NCBI GenBank assembly: GCA_013265495.1
Contig: MU057560.1
Coordinates: 1,781,664 to 1,845,663 of the forward strand
Direction: 5' to 3'
DNA: 64,000 bases
Origin: Vicugna vicugna
Lineage: Eukaryota
The notes under the pieces are model-generated. The model did not search any database. It was not told the DNA's origin and saw nothing but the letters and a program-made list of their open reading frames with translations. The position numbers and the translations under genes are program-made. Below are positions 61,645 to 64,000 of this stretch, one piece after another. Every line of letters starts with the position of its first letter. Position 1 is the first letter of the stretch.

Positions 61645-61878
61645 CTGCCCAGCTGCCTGTCAATCAGGAGTGGTATGCGTGTTCTGATTACACCCTGTGA
61701 TGCAGAAACAAAGCGAAGCCACCAACCTGCACACCAGGGTTCCGAGTGCCCTTTGTGGATGTCAGATTGCAGGTATTATCAGCCGACACGAAAGGAAGCA
61801 GAGTAATTCCACATCTGGTTTCATGGTCTAAACTTCACATTTTTAAATGCATTACTGGGTAAATCAATCCACTGTTTA

Positions 61879-62073
61879 CAGTCGACCCTTGGACAACACA
61901 GGGGTCGGGGAGCCCATCCTCCGTGAAGTCAAAAATCCGAGTACGACGAATAGTTGTCCATGCAGGTGCCTCCCAAGCCGAGGCCCCACACCCACGGATT
62001 CAGCCGGCCGTGGCTGCACCGCAGGACAACAAATCGAAAAGACCTGCGCGTAAGTGCACCCTGCAGGCCAACA
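61879..62073 (+). mobile_element. Tigger2/MER8-like element lacking its right terminus
   Basis: TA followed by TIR cagtcgacccttggacaacac; aaaaatccg; cacggattca. Confidence 0.7.
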
Positions 62074-62096
62074 TAACCCTAACCCTAACCCTAACC
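62074..62096. repeat. Interstitial telomeric repeat, (TAACCC) about 3.8 copies
   Basis: taaccctaaccctaaccctaacc. Confidence 0.85.
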
Positions 62097-62658
62097 TTTC
62101 TTGAGACTCTCAACTTTTTGTTACAATCACAGATACCCAATGAGAAATCAGACTGAATACGCACTCCAGTAAAAGAAGGATGAAACCATCTTTTCAAATC
62201 CTGGCACGAGATCAATGGTCAAAGCAGACGACACCCAAGAAGCAGAGAGACTCGCGCTGCTCCGGGCAGGCTCCACATAAGCACGTGATTCATGTGTCGT
62301 TTTGTGGGTGGTTTGGGGGGTTTTTTTTAAATATAAATGGAAGCTCTTCTCAAAATGCTTATATTTCAAATAAATAAAATCAGCATTCTGAAGTATATTA
62401 AAAAAACTTAAATGCCAAAAATATCCTCAATATTGATTCACAGTGCTTGTCAACATAAATTTTTCTATTAGCAGTCAAGTCATGATCCCTTTAATATGCT
62501 GTATTTAAAAATTAATGGAAAGGAGGCAGGCTTGAGAAATACACACAGACGCAAAAATAGATTCTAAATAAGAATTCAACGTTTTTACTTTTTCTTATTT
62601 GTATTTGCTAACAATCTACTATAAATATGAATTGCTTATCATTTGATAAAGTATTCTG

Positions 62659-63336
62659 AATTTTAAAACATGAGATACAATAGGGCAAAACTCAGTTTAA
62701 AAATACAGCTGATGCCAGCTATGAGTAAGGCATTGTGTGTGCCTGATGCTAAGAAAAATGCAGGTGTAAAGGCGAACTCCTGCCGTCAAGGACTTGAAAC
62801 CTCGGCTAGCCTGGAGAACAGCAACAAAGACGGAGCTGCCGTTAGCTCTCAGCCCACCGGACAGGGCACGTGGTGAACATTCCTAACGCCCACACTGACT
62901 CCACAAGGGAGAAATTAGCCCGGTTTTACAAGTAAAGAGACTGAGGCTCAGGGAAGTGAAACCGTGCCCACGACACAGTGCACTCGCGCCCAGAGTCAAT
63001 TTTAAAACATGAGATACAATAGGGCAAAACTCAGTTTAAAAATACAGCTGATGCCAGCTATGAGTAAGGCATTGTGTGTGCCTGACGCTAAGAAAACTGC
63101 GGATGTAAAGGCGAACTCCTGCCGTCAAGGACTTGAAACCTCGGCTACCCTGGAGAACAGCAACAAAGACGGAGCTGCCGTTAGCTCTCAGCCCACCGGA
63201 CAGGGCACGTGGTGAACATTCCTAACGCCCACACTGACTCCACAAGGGAGAAATTAGCCCGGTTTTACAAGTAAAGAGACTGAGGCTCAGGGAAGTGAAA
63301 CCGTGCCCACGACACAGTGCACTCGCGCCCAGAGTC
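62659..63336. repeat. 339-bp head-to-tail tandem duplication
   Basis: Copies at 62659-62997 and 62998-63336 with about 5 substitutions by eye; twin ORFs at 62670 and 63009. Confidence 0.95.
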
Positions 63337-64000
63337 TGCACTCTCCGTCCACTGTGTCTGGCAAAACGTTCTGATAAAAACAGCAAGTAGCGCATATGCA
63401 AACAAACGATGCATCGTCCAAAGAACCACTGGACACCAGAAGCCGAGCGGACGTCACTTCGACTTACAGGGACAGAAGGCAAACACCCGCTACGGTCTCC
63501 GCAGCACAGGCTGGCGGCTGAGAGGCCCTTCCACAGGGCGGAACGCCCGACAACACGGGTCACGCTGATTTTAACAGGAGTTGAGAGTGGGTAGAATGTA
63601 GTGTCTGAGGCTGGAAAACATGTACTTCCATTGTTTAGCTTAAGTATACATAGCGCAAATGTCATTTTAAACATAAACACGTTCTGCTTTTCAAGAACTT
63701 TCAAATCCATTGTCCCAACTGATTCTTCAGAGGTAAGTAAGCCTATAAATGTGTGAAATAATGGTCGATTGAATTAACGAGGCGCAGAGAAGCAGCGTCA
63801 CTTAACAAAGGACACGTGCAAATTAGTAGAAGTGCTAAAATTGGGATTCGGTGGGTTTCACAGGGCCGTGTGCGCACCCGCGGGTCAGAAACGCTCACCC
63901 CGAAGTGCAGCTCAGGGGCGCCCTCCCCCCGGGTGCTGTCAGGACGCCCCAGCAAGTCCGCACTCCGATTCACATAAAGCACAGCTGCGAGCGCACTCCA

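Noticed and set aside
62670..63215. Twin 68-aa ORFs as duplicated genes
   Set aside because: By-product of the tandem duplication of decayed L2/MIR-like sequence.

Overview
Mammalian genomic DNA, most likely camelid. This is inferred from two vic-1-type tRNA-derived SINEs and cetartiodactyl-type L1 3' ends. The window is GC- and CpG-rich, consistent with a subtelomeric position. No prokaryotic-type systems are present and almost all listed ORFs are spurious. The main coding signal is invisible in the ORF track: a minus-strand multi-exon gene that I assembled by hand from GT-AG sites, running from about 59.2-64 kb down to a stop at 35216 and a polyA signal at 35143-35148. It has about 12 phase-compatible exons, including 11-23 nt microexons, and encodes roughly 300+ aa with a hydrophobic segment, a 6-Cys domain and a 60-bp coding VNTR tail. 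I cannot name this gene. Other features are two CpG islands (3.8-5.0 kb; 28.1-29.0 kb, apparently bidirectional with spliced, probably non-coding exons on both strands) and many repeats (L1, L2, MIR, MLT1, MER34-like, Tigger, Charlie). There are also several informative retrotransposition and repair scars: a TSD-flanked 3'-transduction or retrocopy, a twin-primed L1, a nested L1, a 339-bp tandem duplication and an interstitial telomeric repeat. Repeat subfamily names come from recalled consensus similarity, not from a database search, and repeat boundaries are approximate.
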